Assembly: GCF_963921235.1 (NCBI RefSeq)
Contig: NC_086105.1
Coordinates: forward strand, 46,066,001-46,130,000
Length of the DNA: 64,000 bases
Reading direction: 5' to 3'
Origin: Mobula hypostoma
Taxonomy: Eukaryota
Shown in pieces: positions 50,268-63,471 of this stretch. Under the pieces are notes generated by a model that worked only from the letters and a program-made list of their open reading frames with translations, was not told the origin of the DNA and ran no database searches. Position numbers and translations under genes: made by a program. Every line of letters begins with the position of its first letter. Position 1 is the stretch's first letter.

Positions 50268-50462
50268 TAAAAAATGCTGGAGGAACTCAGCAGGTCAAGA
50301 AGCATCTGTGGAGGGACAGTGACATTTTGGGTCGAGATCTTTCGTCAGCCCAGATGAAGAGTCTTGACCCAAAGCATCATTCCTCTCCACTGATACTGCC
50401 TGACCCTTGGGGGTTTTTCTAGCATTTTGTTTTCATTCTCTAGATTCTAGAATCAGCAGTCA
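50268..50462. mobile_element. PLE-pLTR fold-back mini-element
   Basis: aaatgctggaggaactcagcaggtca ... tgacc...ctagcatttt inverted arms; back-to-back decayed hammerhead cores at 50321-50348 (-) and 50351-50378 (+). Confidence 0.7.
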
Positions 50463-50463
50463 C

Positions 50464-51265
50464 TTCAAGTTCAATTACCATTCAATCATACATGAATACC
50501 CATGAATCCAGCCAAACAAAAAGGTGTTCCTTCGGGGCCAAGGTGCAAAGCACTGTACCACAGTCACACATAGCACAGGGTACATATAGCACATATAAGA
50601 TAGCAGTAAACATACAGTCACAAAAACAAGCTCCTGTTAAGTGAGCAAGCTCCTCACGTCCTCTTAACTTGATGGTGCAGCATGGGCGTTGGCAGCAAGA
50701 ACAAGCAGCTCTCAGCACCCTGCAGTTACATGCACACAATCCAGCGTGTCTTCCACCGAGTAGACACTAGAGGGCAGCACTGATGGGAGGGGTCAGATGC
50801 CAATCCAGCATGGACGCCGTGCCACGGTGCCTCCAGAATCTCCACTCCTGGAATGTTGTCGCAGGCAAGCCTGCAGTACGTGGCCTGGCCCCTGCTACAA
50901 CAGGCCACAGAGCTAACCTGCCGACAGCCTCATCAATCAACCTGTGAATCGGTCTTGCGGTATTTTACATTAACAAAGTCCAACAGGTCACAAGAAAAGT
51001 GACCAAGACAATCACTCATTGTTAGACTACACACTGCCTTCATCCACCGACTTCGATGCCCTCTGAAGTAGGCAGCAACATGATCGCCCCAGGTCCAGCT
51101 CTTCTGCCAATGAGCAACTCGCTGATGGGGTAGACCTGCTCTATTTGAAGTTCTTAACGTTCAGCATTGTCTTGCGATCAAAAAATACATTTAATAAAGA
51201 CCAAAACACCTTTGGTTGGCTTCAAAGAGGGTAGCTGCATCCGAGCATGCTGCCATCTTACTGGG
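50464..51265 (-). mobile_element. Non-autonomous LINE-derived element (Rex1/L2-like ends, no RT)
   Basis: Starts aagatggcag on the minus strand; ends with a (TTGAAC)-type tail like 14540-14555; no RT motifs. Confidence 0.5.
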
Positions 51266-51614
51266 AGATCTTGAGGCTTCATTTAATTATCATTTTTTGA
51301 TTTGTGTCTTTTTTGGTGTCTTCCATCAGCAAAAAAAATCCAACCTATTCTCAAATGTTTTCAATTTTACAGCATTGTTCAACAATCTGCATCACTGTGA
51401 ACAGAGCTGTCAATCAAGTTGGATCACTCAATAGATCAATGGGGTTTCTACTGAATAAAATTAGATAAATCTGAATTTCCTAACTGTTCGCTGCGCCTGC
51501 ACGTCAGTGATTCATGCAAAACGTTGGCCAAATCCCTTTCTACACCATCATCTCTCTATCTCTCATTGCTTAAAATAAACCTACCTTGCTTTTTCAATCA
51601 AGGTAGACAACACA

Positions 51615-51945
51615 GCAGTGCAGAGAGTGGAGCAAAGCCTGAGGCTCAGTTCTGACCTCGGTAACTGCTGCTTGTACATCCAGAATGTGACTGCGTGGAT
51701 TTCCTCCGGGTGCTCGGTTTCCTCCCAGATCCCAAAGACATGGGTCAGAAGATTAACTGACCACTGCAAACTGCTCCTAGTATGTAGAAGAATCTATGGG
51801 AACGGGTTACAAAATGAAGGTGGGGGGGGGAGGTGTTGATAGAATGTAGGAAGAATGGGAGTAACATTGGATTAATGGAAAAGGGTGGTTGACAGCTAAC
51901 ACGTATTCAGTGGGCCAAAAGCCTTTTTCTGTGCTGTATCTCTCT
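51615..51945 (+). mobile_element. V-SINE copy
   Basis: gcgtggatttcctccgggtgctcggtttcctcccagatcccaaagac; tail gggccaaaagcc...tgtgctgtatctctct. Confidence 0.7.
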
Positions 51946-52119
51946 GTGCCAAGCTGTATCGGCCCTTGCCCTTTCCTCGGACAACATCGATGTCGTGGAG
52001 AGGGGAGACTTGCAGCATGGGCAACTGCCGATCATCCATACAACCTTGCCCACGCCTGCGCCCTGGAGAGTGAAGACTTTCCAGGCGCAGATCCATGGTC
52101 TCGCAAGACTAACGGATGC
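51946..52119 (+). mobile_element. 5'-truncated retroposon inserted into the SINE tail, 12-bp TSD
   Basis: CTGTATCTCTCT at 51934-51945 and 52120-52131; homologous to the 3' half of 32415-32810. Confidence 0.75.
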
Positions 52120-52139
52120 CTGTATCTCTCTATAGATGA

Positions 52140-54835
52140 CTTCACTTTTTCACATCATAGTCCATCTGCTAAATCATTGCCCACTCACTTAGTCTGCCTA
52201 TATCCTCCTGCAGCCCTTCTCCACTGACCTTACAGCCCACATTGCCGTACAGGTTTTGATCATCAGCAAATTTATTACACTAGGTCCTCTCATTCAAGCC
52301 ATCATGTGAACAGTTTAGCCTCAGCCCCTCTGGCTCTAGTACCCACCTAGACACAGCAGCTCAACCAGAAAATGACCCATTTATTCCTTCTCTTCATTTT
52401 CTACCTGTTAATCAATCCTCTATTCATGCTAGTAGCTTTTTTCCTAATCTATGTGTTTTAAATTAAGCCACAATATCTTGAGTGGCAGCATCCTGAAGGC
52501 TTTCTGAAAATCTAAATATCCCACATCATGGATCATGGAAACTATACAGATTGAAAAGGAGGAGGTGCTTGCTGTCTTGAGGAAAATTAAAGTGGATAAA
52601 TCCCCGGGACCTGACAGAGTGTTCCCTCGGACCCTGAAGGAGACTAGTGTTGAAATTGCGGGGGCTCTGGCAGAAATATTTAAAATGTCACTGTCTGCGG
52701 GTGAGGTGCCGGAGGATTGGAGAGTTGCTCATGTTGTTCCGTTGTTTAAAAAAGGATCGAAAAATAATCCGGGAAATTATAGGCCGGTGAGTTTAACGTC
52801 GGTAGTAGGTAAGTTATTGGAGGGAGTACTAAGAGACAGAATCTACAAGCATTTGGATAGACAGGGACTTATTAGGGAGAGTCAACATGGCTTTGTGTGT
52901 GGTAGGTCATGTTTGACCAATCTATTGGAGTTTTTCGAGGAGGTTACCAGGAAAGTGGATGAAGGGAAGACAGTGGATATTGTCTACATGGATTTCAGTA
53001 AGGCCTTTGACAAGGTCCCGCATGGGAGGTTAGTTGGGAAAATTCAGTCGCTAGATATACATGGAGAGATGGTAAATTGGATTAGACATTGGCTCAATGG
53101 TAGAAGCCAAAGAGTGGTGGTAGAGAATTGCTTCTCTGAGTGGAGGCCTGTGACTAGTGGTGTGCCACAGGGATCAGTGCTGGGTCCATCGTTATTTGTC
53201 ATCTAGATCAATGATCTGGATGATAATGTGGTAAATTGGATCAGCAAATTTGCTGATGATACAAAGATTGGAGGTGTAGTGGACAGTGAGAAAGATTTTT
53301 AGAGACTGCAGAGAGACTTGGACCAGCTGGAAAAATGGGCTGAAAAATAGCAGATGGAGTTTAATACTGACAAGTGTGAGGTATTGCACGTTGGAAGGAC
53401 AAACCAAGGTAGAACATACAGGGTTAGTGGTAAGGCAATGAGGAGTGCAGTAGAACAGAGGGATCTGGGAATACAGATACAAAATTCCCTAAAAGTGGCG
53501 TCACAGGTAGATAGGGTCGTAAAGAGAGCTTTTGATACATTGGCCTCTATTAATCAAAGTATTGAGTATAAGAGCTGGAATGTTATGATGAGGTTGTATA
53601 AGGCATTGGTGAGGCCGAATCTGGAGTATTGTGTTCAGTTTTGGTCACCAAATTACAGGAAGGATATAAATAAGGTTGAAAGAGTGCAGAGAAGGTTTAC
53701 AAGGATGTTGCCGGGACTTGAGAAACTCAGTTACAGAGAAAGGTTGAATAGGTTAGGACTTTATTCCCTGGAGTGTAGAAGAATGAGGGGAGATTTGATA
53801 GAGGTATATAAAATTATGATGGGTATAGATAGAGTGAATGCAAGCAGGCTTTTCCCACTGAGGCAAGGGGAGAAAAAAACCAGAGGACACGGGTTAGGGG
53901 TGAGGGGGGAAAAGTTTAAAGGGAACATTAGGGGGGGCTTCTTCACACAGAGACTGGTGGGAGTATGGAATGAGCTGCCAAATGAGGTGGTAAATGCAGG
54001 TTTTTTTTTAACATTTAAGAATAAATTGGACAGATACATGGATGGGAGGTGTATGGAGGGATATGGTCCGTGTGCAGGTCAGTGGGACTAAGCAGAAAAT
54101 GGTTTGGCAGAGCCAAGAAGGGCCAAAAGGCCTGTTTCTGTGCTGTAGTTTCTATGGTTTCTATGGTTATGGTTTCTATCTACTGACACCCCCTAATGTA
54201 ATCTGTGTGGGTCACACACAAAAATGCAGTTTTATTAAACATGATATTCTTTTTATGAACCTACCTTCAGTTCTACCCAATCCTATTACTCTTTTCTTAA
54301 GTGCCTAGTTATCACTTCCTTAAATAATAGATTTCAAACATTTCCTTTCTCTCCTATCATATTCAGTTTATATATCTGGCCTTCCAGTCTATGTGAATCA
54401 TTCTAGAATCTACAGATTCTTGGAAAATGACAACTATTGTATGCACACCGCTGTCATCACCTATTTTAAAACCTTGGGAGGCAGGTCGTCAGATCCCAGG
54501 TATGTATTAACTTTCTCCAACATTCTCAAAATTTTCTCTTCAGTTTCTCGCTTACCCTTGATCTATTGTTTCTACTAATGCTGGGTGATTTATTGTGGTT
54601 TCTTCCATGAAGACACAAAAAATATTTATTTAGTTTCTCTCTCATTTGCTTCCTACTGAATATAATTTCTCGTCTCCATCTCTAAATGGCCTCATTGATT
54701 TTTGACAGTTTTCTTTTTATTTATCAATAAATTGTACAGCCTCCTTTATGTTCCTCACAAGATTACTCTCTTATCTATATTTTCTTATCAATATTCTGGA
54801 CTTCCTTCACCGATCTTTGAAATTCTCCCTGTCCT
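52140..54835 (-). mobile_element. Old CR1 (pieces 52140-52527 and 54178-54835) split by a young CR1
   Basis: Reverse-complement RT motifs (KFADD at ~52260; aaggctttctgaaaatctaaata = YLDFQKAF) continue on the far side of the insert. Confidence 0.6.
52528..54177 (+). mobile_element. Young 5'-truncated CR1 LINE, RT domain and 3' UTR
   Basis: ORFs 52535..53206 and 53354..54091 share one frame broken only by two TAGs (53204-06, 53348-50); KSPGPD, YMDFSKAFDKV, GVPQGSVLGP, KFADD; (CTATGGTTT)n tail. Confidence 0.95.
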
Positions 54836-54849
54836 CACTTCTGCTGTAC

Positions 54850-55555
54850 ATTACAAACGCAAGAGATTCTGTGGACGCTGGAAATTTGAGCAACTCACAA
54901 AAATGCAGGAGGAACTCAGCAGGTCAGGCAGCATCTATGGAGGAAAATGTGCAGCTGACACTTTGGGTAGAGATCCTTCATCAGGACGGGAAAAGAAGGG
55001 GGAAGATGCCAGAATGAGACGGTAGGGGGAGAGTAAGGAGCACAAGCTGGCAGATGGTAGATGAGACCAGGTGAGGAAAAGGGGACAATATAAGAAGCTG
55101 AGAGGTGATAGGTGAAGAGGTAAAGGGTGGAAAAGAAGGAATCTACAAACGTAATAGGAGAGTGGACCATGAAATAAAGGAAAGGAAGTGGGGAACCAGA
55201 GGGAGGTGATGGGCAGGTCATGAAGGTGGGGGGAGGAGGAGAGGTGAGAGGGTATCCGGAATGGGGAATGTTAAAAGGGGGAAGGGGAATGTTTTTTTTC
55301 CAAAAGACCACCATTGATGCTGTCCTCACCCACATCTCCTCCATTTCCTGCACATCTGCCCTCAACCTATCCTCAAGCTGTCATAATAGGGACAGGGTTC
55401 CCCTTGTCGTGATCTACCGTCCTATTAGCCTCTGTATTCAGCATATCATTCTCCGAAGCTTCCACCATCTCCAACAAGATCCTACCATTCAGCACATCTT
55501 TCCCTGCTGTCCTCTCTCCACTGTCCATAGAAATCACTTTCTACATGACTATATT
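54850..55555. mobile_element. PLE fragment: inverted pLTR (54850-55290) joined to a plus-strand ORF piece (55300-55555)
   Basis: NRDRVPLVVIYRP...QDPTIQHIFP in ORF 55220..55660; minus-strand CTGATGA-aggatctctaccc-AAAGTGTC at 54957-54984. Confidence 0.75.
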
Positions 55556-56904
55556 GTAAACTATGTTACACTTGGAATACTTCATATGCCAGTCATTGCT
55601 TGTATATTGTTACCTCTTTCAATACACTTCCCAAATCTACCACAGCCAATTCATACCTGATTTGACTGAAATCTACTTACTTTTGAAAATAAGATGCTGG
55701 TTTTAGATCTATTCTGAGTCATTTTCAATTTTTATATAAAACTTTATAATATTATATCCACTTCTCTCAGAACGCTTGAACTGCCAGATTATTAACTAAT
55801 CCTTCTGCTCTGCACAAATGTAAATCCAGTTCCTGAATACACTGCTCAGGCAAAACAGTCTCATATTCACACCATGAATTCCCCTTTGAGACTATGACCA
55901 CTAATTTGCCCAGTCTGCAGACAGTTTGATGTTGCTCATATTCAATGAATTAGCTTTGTTATATTTATTTCATATTTCCTGATTTATTTTCCACTGTATG
56001 ATACCATGATTGCTTGGAGTCTGCATACAACTCCAAAGAATGTTTTCTGCACTGTGTTTCTTAGTTTTTTCCAAACTCTCTTAGTTTTTTCTCTGTGATT
56101 TTTAGCATTAACATTCTTCCTCTCTACATCCTTTAACACATAATGATTAAGAGTCTCCTTTTCCACTTTGTCCAGTCTTCCAAAAGAGGTTCATCTTAGC
56201 ATGCACGATTCTTTACATTGGTCACTTTGCAAGCACATCTCCATAATGCCTTTTCATTCAGCAATCCTGTGCGTACAATCATAAAGGGCCTACATTTTCC
56301 ACTACTTTGACTCAAAATGGAGGCTTACTCTGTGGGCACGACCCCTTTCTCATCAGACAATGGCAAACATTACACTTTTTGATGCACTGTGCAATCATTA
56401 TGCCATTTATCTTCAACTTTCAAAGCTCCCCCTCATCACCACCATTACATCGCTTTTGGTGAAGCCGAGCTAAACACTGTAGTGCATCACTGAGCGAGGA
56501 AGTAAATGTTTAGGCTGCTGGATAAAGCAGCTACATGGCAGTTAAACCCACCTGGCTCACCCATGTCCCTCAGGGAAGCAGAACTACCAGATTCATACCC
56601 AACCTGTACAGCTATGACCCACAAAGAGGGACAATCTGCACTACCATCCTGCATCTTTACTGTTACTCCCTTCCCACTGACACACTGAGGATGAAAAAGA
56701 TACTAGTTCTTTATCTATGTTAGACCAACAGCACCTTTCAAGCCTGCAATACAGAAGAACAAGGACAGCAGGTGCAAGGAGTCACCTAGTTCTGATCCAG
56801 GGTGCACATTGTCCCAACAAAGACATGTATAATTGGTCCTTCATTATCCTGGGGCACTCTCCACAACAGCATTGTGGGAGTACCTTCACAAGCAAAAGCG
56901 CAGA

Positions 56905-57600
56905 GTAACAAAACTATTTTGGCCCTGAAGAGTCTCCACAAGTAAGTAAGACGATTACGCATGATATACCTACAGAATGACTACAAGGTGAAGAAAATCA
57001 ATCCGACCCTTAAAAGGGCCGACAGGAAAACCAGGAAACCTAACAACAAGGAGGAGCTCGTTGCTACCGGCTGTCTTCCCTGTATTTCCATGGTTTCTGG
57101 AAGGATCGCCAGGATCCTCAAGAAATACTGGATTAATAACATCCACAAACCCATAAGGAAACTCAAATCAGAGCTTATGAGGGTCAAAGATGACCTGGGA
57201 CACAGGACGGCTAGCGTTTACAGGATTCCCTGTGAATGCAGAGCAGTGTATATCAGCCAGACAGGACGCACGGTGGAAACCTGCATTAAGGTGCACAGGG
57301 GATGTTACCTAGAGAAATCAGCAATAGCAGAACAATGCATTCACAATGGCCATAGGGTTGACTTCAACAGCACAAAACTACTGTGGCATGCCAATGAATT
57401 CTGGGACTACATGGTAGAGAAAACCATTGAAATAAAACTAGAGGAAAAGAATTTTAACAAAGGCAAAGGTCTCACTCTAAGTAACAACGGGAATTTGACT
57501 GTAAACAAGGAGGGAGAGCAGAAACCTGATTGTATGAGAACTAACCAATCAAGTGGGACAGATGATAGGGTGTAAATACCACCAGACTAGACATGCCTCA
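56905..57600 (+). mobile_element. PLE 3' fragment with GIY-YIG endonuclease, same family as 22016-24434
   Basis: ORF 56961..57575 VYRIPCECRAVYISQTGRTVETCIK. Confidence 0.85.
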
Positions 57601-59309
57601 CTGTCTTCTCTCAGCCATTTTCTGTTTGCTCCCTTTTCCCCACGCCTATCCTGACATCTTACTGTATCTGTTGAAAGGAAAATGGACACTCAGCAGTTCA
57701 TACAGCAGGTTTGCTCTCCACAGATGGCGCCCCATTTACCAATTGCCTCCATCATTTTCTGTTTTTATTGCTGGTTTCCAGCATCTGCAGGTTTTTTTTG
57801 TCTTCCTCCAACCTCACCTACTGGGTGCCTTTTGAGGGTTTCACTAACAGAACAGTGATTACTTGCATGATTAATTACTAGAAAAATTAGTTTTCAACTT
57901 GTTAATACGAGAGAGTTGAAAATAGAGTAGGGTGTTTGAGATGAGAAGGGAATGGGTGGGATCAAGAGATGAAGGAGGAAGGGGTAGAATCCTAAATGTC
58001 ATGAGAATGCTGTCTGAATGAAAACCTGCAGAAATTATGGGACTTCAGGAACTGGATTGGTAAAGCCTGGACTATGAAAATAAAAAAGGTGGAACCCACA
58101 CAAGTATTAGACAAGGAAGATACTTTTAGTGGGTACTGCAAAAGATGGGTGCTAACCCTACCTTCCTACTAACCCTCTCCTCATACACACAAACATAATT
58201 GCCCATAGCCTCTTCCTCAAAAACACTCTTCTAACTCTTACCCTTTGCAATCCCACAGGCCACCTTCCTCTGATGGTTCTCACCCTACCTTCCCATCTCC
58301 AACACACCACTCCTCCTCAGGAGCCCTCAGTACTTTCCCCTCATTTTCCCTCCCTCACTCCCCACTCATTATCCCTCACATTCCCCTCTGCACTCAGACT
58401 ACTAACCGCCCACTCCCTTGATCCCCATTCCTTCGCCTCTAGTTGGCTCCCTCCCTCTCTCTCTACCCGAGAGCTGATGGCTACTTGCCCTCTCTCAGAG
58501 AGGGTCTGCACTTTAGCCACCTCATCATTACACTTCATCTGCACCAGGCATTCCCTAACCACCAGCCTTTTTAGCCTGCTGACTGCATTATCCTTGATTC
58601 CAGGACTAGGATGGCCAAGCCAGGCTAAGCTGGGCTCCTACTCAACCAGATGATCCAAAACTCTTTGCTTCTGCCATATTGCCAGCGGATGAGGGGATGG
58701 GTCAAAACAGCCACAATGTCTGCCCAGACCCCAAATCCAAAGGCACCTCCCTGTTTAAGGTCCAAGATAAACAGCCCCATTACTTTTGGAAGTCTTGGCT
58801 GCTTCCCCACTCCCCACTTCCCCCTCCCCCAACCCTCGAATCTACACCACCCCATTTTCTCTAGCTGATCTCAACTCTCTCCAGCGTGGGCCTGCCCCTC
58901 CCCACAACTGATCACCTTCCCCAACCTTGGGTCCCAGCAGCGGCATTGCCTGAGGTTGATCTTGGACCTCCTTATTTTGACCAAGGAGAAACTTGGTAGG
59001 AGCTCTAGCTGCCTGTCTAATGTAACCCAGGTATGTGGGTGGTGGGCAAGGATAGTAAAGGTAGCTGTGGCCAAGTGCCCATCAAATGGAGTACATTCTA
59101 TCCTCCAACTGCACTCCTGGCTCAGCTGTGAAGGCATTCACAACTTAACAACTGTCTAACTTTCCTCACAAACATCCTGGAACTATTTCATTGCCTGAGG
59201 ATCCATCCCAGCGGAGTAGTTTAACTAATTCCTTGTGCTTCAAAGGTGGATGCAAAAAGATCCCAGGTCAACGTTTTGACGATGAGCAGCATCGCTTTCC
59301 CAGGTGATA

Positions 59310-59625
59310 TTGCCCACATAGAGCTGCTGCCTCACCACTCCAGTGATTCAGGTTCAATCCTGCCCTCCGCTGCTGTCTGTGTGCAGTCTGCACGATCTCC
59401 CTGTGGGTTTTCCCTATGTGATCCCATTTCCTCTCACCTCAGAGATTTGCAGGTTGGTAGGTTAATATGCCATTGTAAATTACCACTTAATGTAGTACAG
59501 AGTCTGGGTGGGAAGAGTTGATGGGATTGCGGGGAAGCTTAATGATAAAAAGGATTACTAAAGAATAACATTTGATGGTCAAATATGCTCAGGGGGATAA
59601 AGGTCTGTTTCCATGACATCTGTGA
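59310..59625 (+). mobile_element. V-SINE copy
   Basis: agagctgctgcctcac...caggttcaatcctg...gcaggttggtaggttaat. Confidence 0.6.
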
Positions 59626-61887
59626 CATTTATTTACACTACTTGTAAAACGATTACCTCATTGGTGTCACTTTCCTTTCCGTTGGGACTTATCTGTGTAA
59701 GTTAGCTGCCATGCTTTCTACAAAACTAAAGTGACCACTCTTCCAAGCCATTTCTTTGGAAGTAAAACATGCTTGAACATTCAAACCTCGTGAAATACAA
59801 GACAAGGGATTTTGTTTCCTTACTGCATTGTCAGATGCATCTTCAATGATCAGGAGGAGTTAACAGGAACAATGTCTCAAGCAAGTTCTCTTACTGAGGA
59901 TGGGAGCACTGGGTGGGAAATTGTGAAAGTGAGAGAATGGCTTTAGACTATTGATTTTCAATGGAAATTCCTATGGTGTGTGAGTGGGAATTCTGTATCT
60001 GTGAAGAACTATGCAACACAATCCTTTTATCAAATACAATGGATGGGCCAGGAGAGGCAAGTCATTTACAGTCCACATGCCGATTTGGAGTAATTACTCA
60101 TGGCCCAAAATTGTAATACAGTACGTTCAGAAAACTTTAAATGGGGAACAGTGCAGCTGATGCAGGGAGAGGAGAGGTTTCGAATAACCCTGAAGTGAAT
60201 CTATAGGAAATCTTCACTGTAAACGCTATATAGACCAAACACCCCCACGACCACCACACTCCCCTCTTCATGTCCTGACAGCTTCTGTATTTGGAGACTG
60301 CAAACAACAGCAGCTGATTTGTCTAAAGCCCACTAAGGTTCTATTCAATACCAAAGTACATTTTTTTAGTCTGTAAAGGAAACCAGTAAGTTTGTTCACA
60401 GCCATTACACCATCAACCCGGATAATTAAAAATATAAATCAACTTTTCATGAAGCTTTGACCCAATAATGTACAAACTGTTGGGTGTTAATAGGACGTTG
60501 GTTCTGAGCCATTAAATTATACATCATTGGAACATTTAACTACCACTTGATAGGAGACATGATTCTTTGTGCACACTTTTCCATTTCAATTCATGATTCT
60601 AATCCTGCATCATCCCACTTACCCAAATTGGGTTCAGCTGACAAAGTACTGTCTCAAGTCAAATATAGAGAGAGGTTTTTTTGGAGTATAGACCACGGCC
60701 ACTGTTAGGGGTGGGGTGTGACGAGAAATAAGGCTCTGAAACAAAAGCTCTAAAGTTAATCTGACAAAGGCTGACCTTGTGCATTTTGCAACTGTCTCAG
60801 ATTTGTTATTTCAAACTAGATCCTGTGCCATAACTCAGCCCAAAAGCAAATTCAAAGACAATCATCAGTCAAATCACATCCAGTTTTGTTTAAATTTCTT
60901 TAAACCTGAAACAAATGATACTGAAAACTTTCAAGAGAATCATGACAACATATTTGTCCATGTGATAGTATTACTCCAGAATGAATCTTACAGAACTGAA
61001 ACCAATGTGTGTGGAAGTGTTTGCCATCGGAGAGCTAGTGTGAAGCAACACCTCTAGAAATTCCACTTGCATGTTCATTCAAATTGGATAGGTGTCAAAA
61101 ATAAGCATCACACTATAACATTAAACCTGCACTGGTGCTGTTAAATTGCAGTAAAGCCAAACTAAGGGGTGGAAGCCATATCACAACTTCTTTGAGACAC
61201 TAAAACTTAGCCTGAATCTCTTAAACAGATACACTGTAGTTGCAACCAGCACAAGCAGATATTCTTGAATGTACTGCGACTTGGAAGAACTTAAGTTTGA
61301 CACAAAATGGAAGGAAGGATTTTTGACAATGCACTTCAGCTCTGGGTGGAGAAAATGGCTGATAAAGATCTGTGTGTGGGTCTCACAGGATGATATATAC
61401 TCCAGACAAATTCTGTGGTGGCGGCAGTTGGATCAAACCACTGCGGTGTTCACTGCTGGGGTTCAGGTTTTACAGATTCAGATGCAGTGTCACAGAAGGC
61501 CCAACAGCCTAAAAAATATGGTCAGGTTCAATGAAGCACCTTGAGACATCAAACCCCAGACACTGCATCTTGAATTTACTCTCCAAATCCCATCTGCAAT
61601 CTCGGACTTACTGAATATTTACAAGTGTGCCATTGCTTTTGCACACAACCAGATAATGAGAGCCACATCACCCAATATAAACAGAATGTCAATATTGGCA
61701 CAGGTATCGATGACGTGGCCATTGTTGAAGCTGGGTTGAAAGGAATCATGCAAACCTAGCCCCTTCATTTTTCATTTTCTCCTCTCCTAACAATTTCTTT
61801 GCATTTACAAAATATAGATGGGATAAGCACTAACCCCACCAATTTCGACTCTTCCTCTTCTCTCCTCACCAGCACCCTAGCCCTGTG

Positions 61888-62015
61888 GAGACACCGGAGA
61901 CTGCTGAAGCTGGAATCTGGAGCAACACACAAGATGATGGAGGAACTCAACAGGTCAGGCAGCATCTATGGAGGGAAATAGTCAGTCTATACTTTGAGCC
62001 AAAAACTTTCATCTT
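61888..62015 (-). mobile_element. PLE pLTR fragment
   Basis: gctggaatctggagcaacacacaagatgatggaggaactcaacaggtcaggcagcatct; similar scraps at 30375-30460, 46040-46200, 48300-48400, 50030-50160 and 57690-57800. Confidence 0.65.
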
Positions 62016-63471
62016 GTTTTATATCTTTGTGGTCAGGTATCCACGAATATTATCCTAATCAGAAGGTGATGGAAGGGGGAAGGGCAGTGATGATGAAAAA
62101 ATACAAAGTTCCAGCTCAGATACTGGTATTATATGTAACTTCAAAGGACGTCTAGGGACCAGATTTGAACAGCACATTGACACAGTTTGCAGCTCTGTTA
62201 TCGTATGGCCCCAGTGACCTGGGTCCAGTCCCATGACCCAAACACACAATACCACAGCACCAAAATCATTGTTTATGGAACAGCTGAGAACATCTCATTT
62301 GTGTCCTGGCATGGTTGGACAAAGTGAAGAAGTAACAGTGATGTGGGGTATTACACGGCAGGTGTGAGAAAGACACTTTGGCTGTTCAAGGGGTTGAGGC
62401 TGCTCTTTCATGTTTTTATACATAAAACCCAGACTCCCTTTGGTCTTTACTTAGAGCAACACAAAGTCATGCTTTCCTTTGGCTTTTCAATGACACAGGC
62501 AGGCGACTCAATCCCATCTTTCCTGGCACAGCTGCCAGAAGTGAAAGGGCATAATAATAGCTCACAATACCATCTGGTGATCACATCTTGAAACAAATGC
62601 AAAAAGATTTTGAAGGCACAATGGGATCACTACTTTAGCAAATTAAGGACTTCTGAGGTTTTGGTCTAAGCTTTGTAAATCCTTCATTCTTGGCACTGGC
62701 AATTTGTCTCAATTCCAGAAAAGAAAACAGCCCTGTCACCACAGTAGTGCTCACAGTCTGGCTGAATTATTCTGAACAACTTGAGTGATGCCTAGGGATC
62801 CAGGAACCATTAAGACATTTGACTGAAGCACAAGCGGCTGAAAGCTCATGTAGGCCATGTTGGACCTTGGAGCAGAACCCAATAGGGTTCCTCTGGGGCC
62901 CAGAGAGATGGCAACAACTATTGCTGCAGAGTGTATTTAGTTTAAAGCCCAAGTTGAACATTTCCCCCTCAGTTTGATGAGCTTTTAACTTTCTCTTGTG
63001 GCGCAACTAAGGTTTGTTTTCAATTTTAGGATCTGATTTTCTCTTTGACCATGTTCCTGCAGTAGACTCTGACAGCCATGTGCAAGTCATTTACTGCTGT
63101 TTACAGCTGCATAGGACAATTGGAGCTGTGGTTGCGGTGAGTGGTGACAATGCTAAATTTGGCGGCACTTTTCGTATCCATCTCCTCCCTCGGAACACAC
63201 GCCACCTCTCACCCTATGCCTCCAGCAATCATCACTCAGTGCTGTCACCATCCCTCACTAACTGCTGACTGAATTTACCCAGTGCCTGCACTGCCGGTCC
63301 AAGTCTCCATTTCTTTGCACATGGTGCCAGATATACAAAAACTTTTCTTTCTTGATGCAGTTTCTGGACCCTTCATATCTGCATGGGTAAAAAGAATGAA
63401 CCAATAAATGGATCTATTTGGTATTTTTTAAAGAGTTCGTATGTGGACAGCCACAGGGTAGCAACAAAGGT

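Noticed and set aside
60705-60735. Purine tract followed by TGTGACGAG, like a PPT-LTR junction
   Set aside because: No second LTR, no upstream pol and no further similarity to the LTRs in this window
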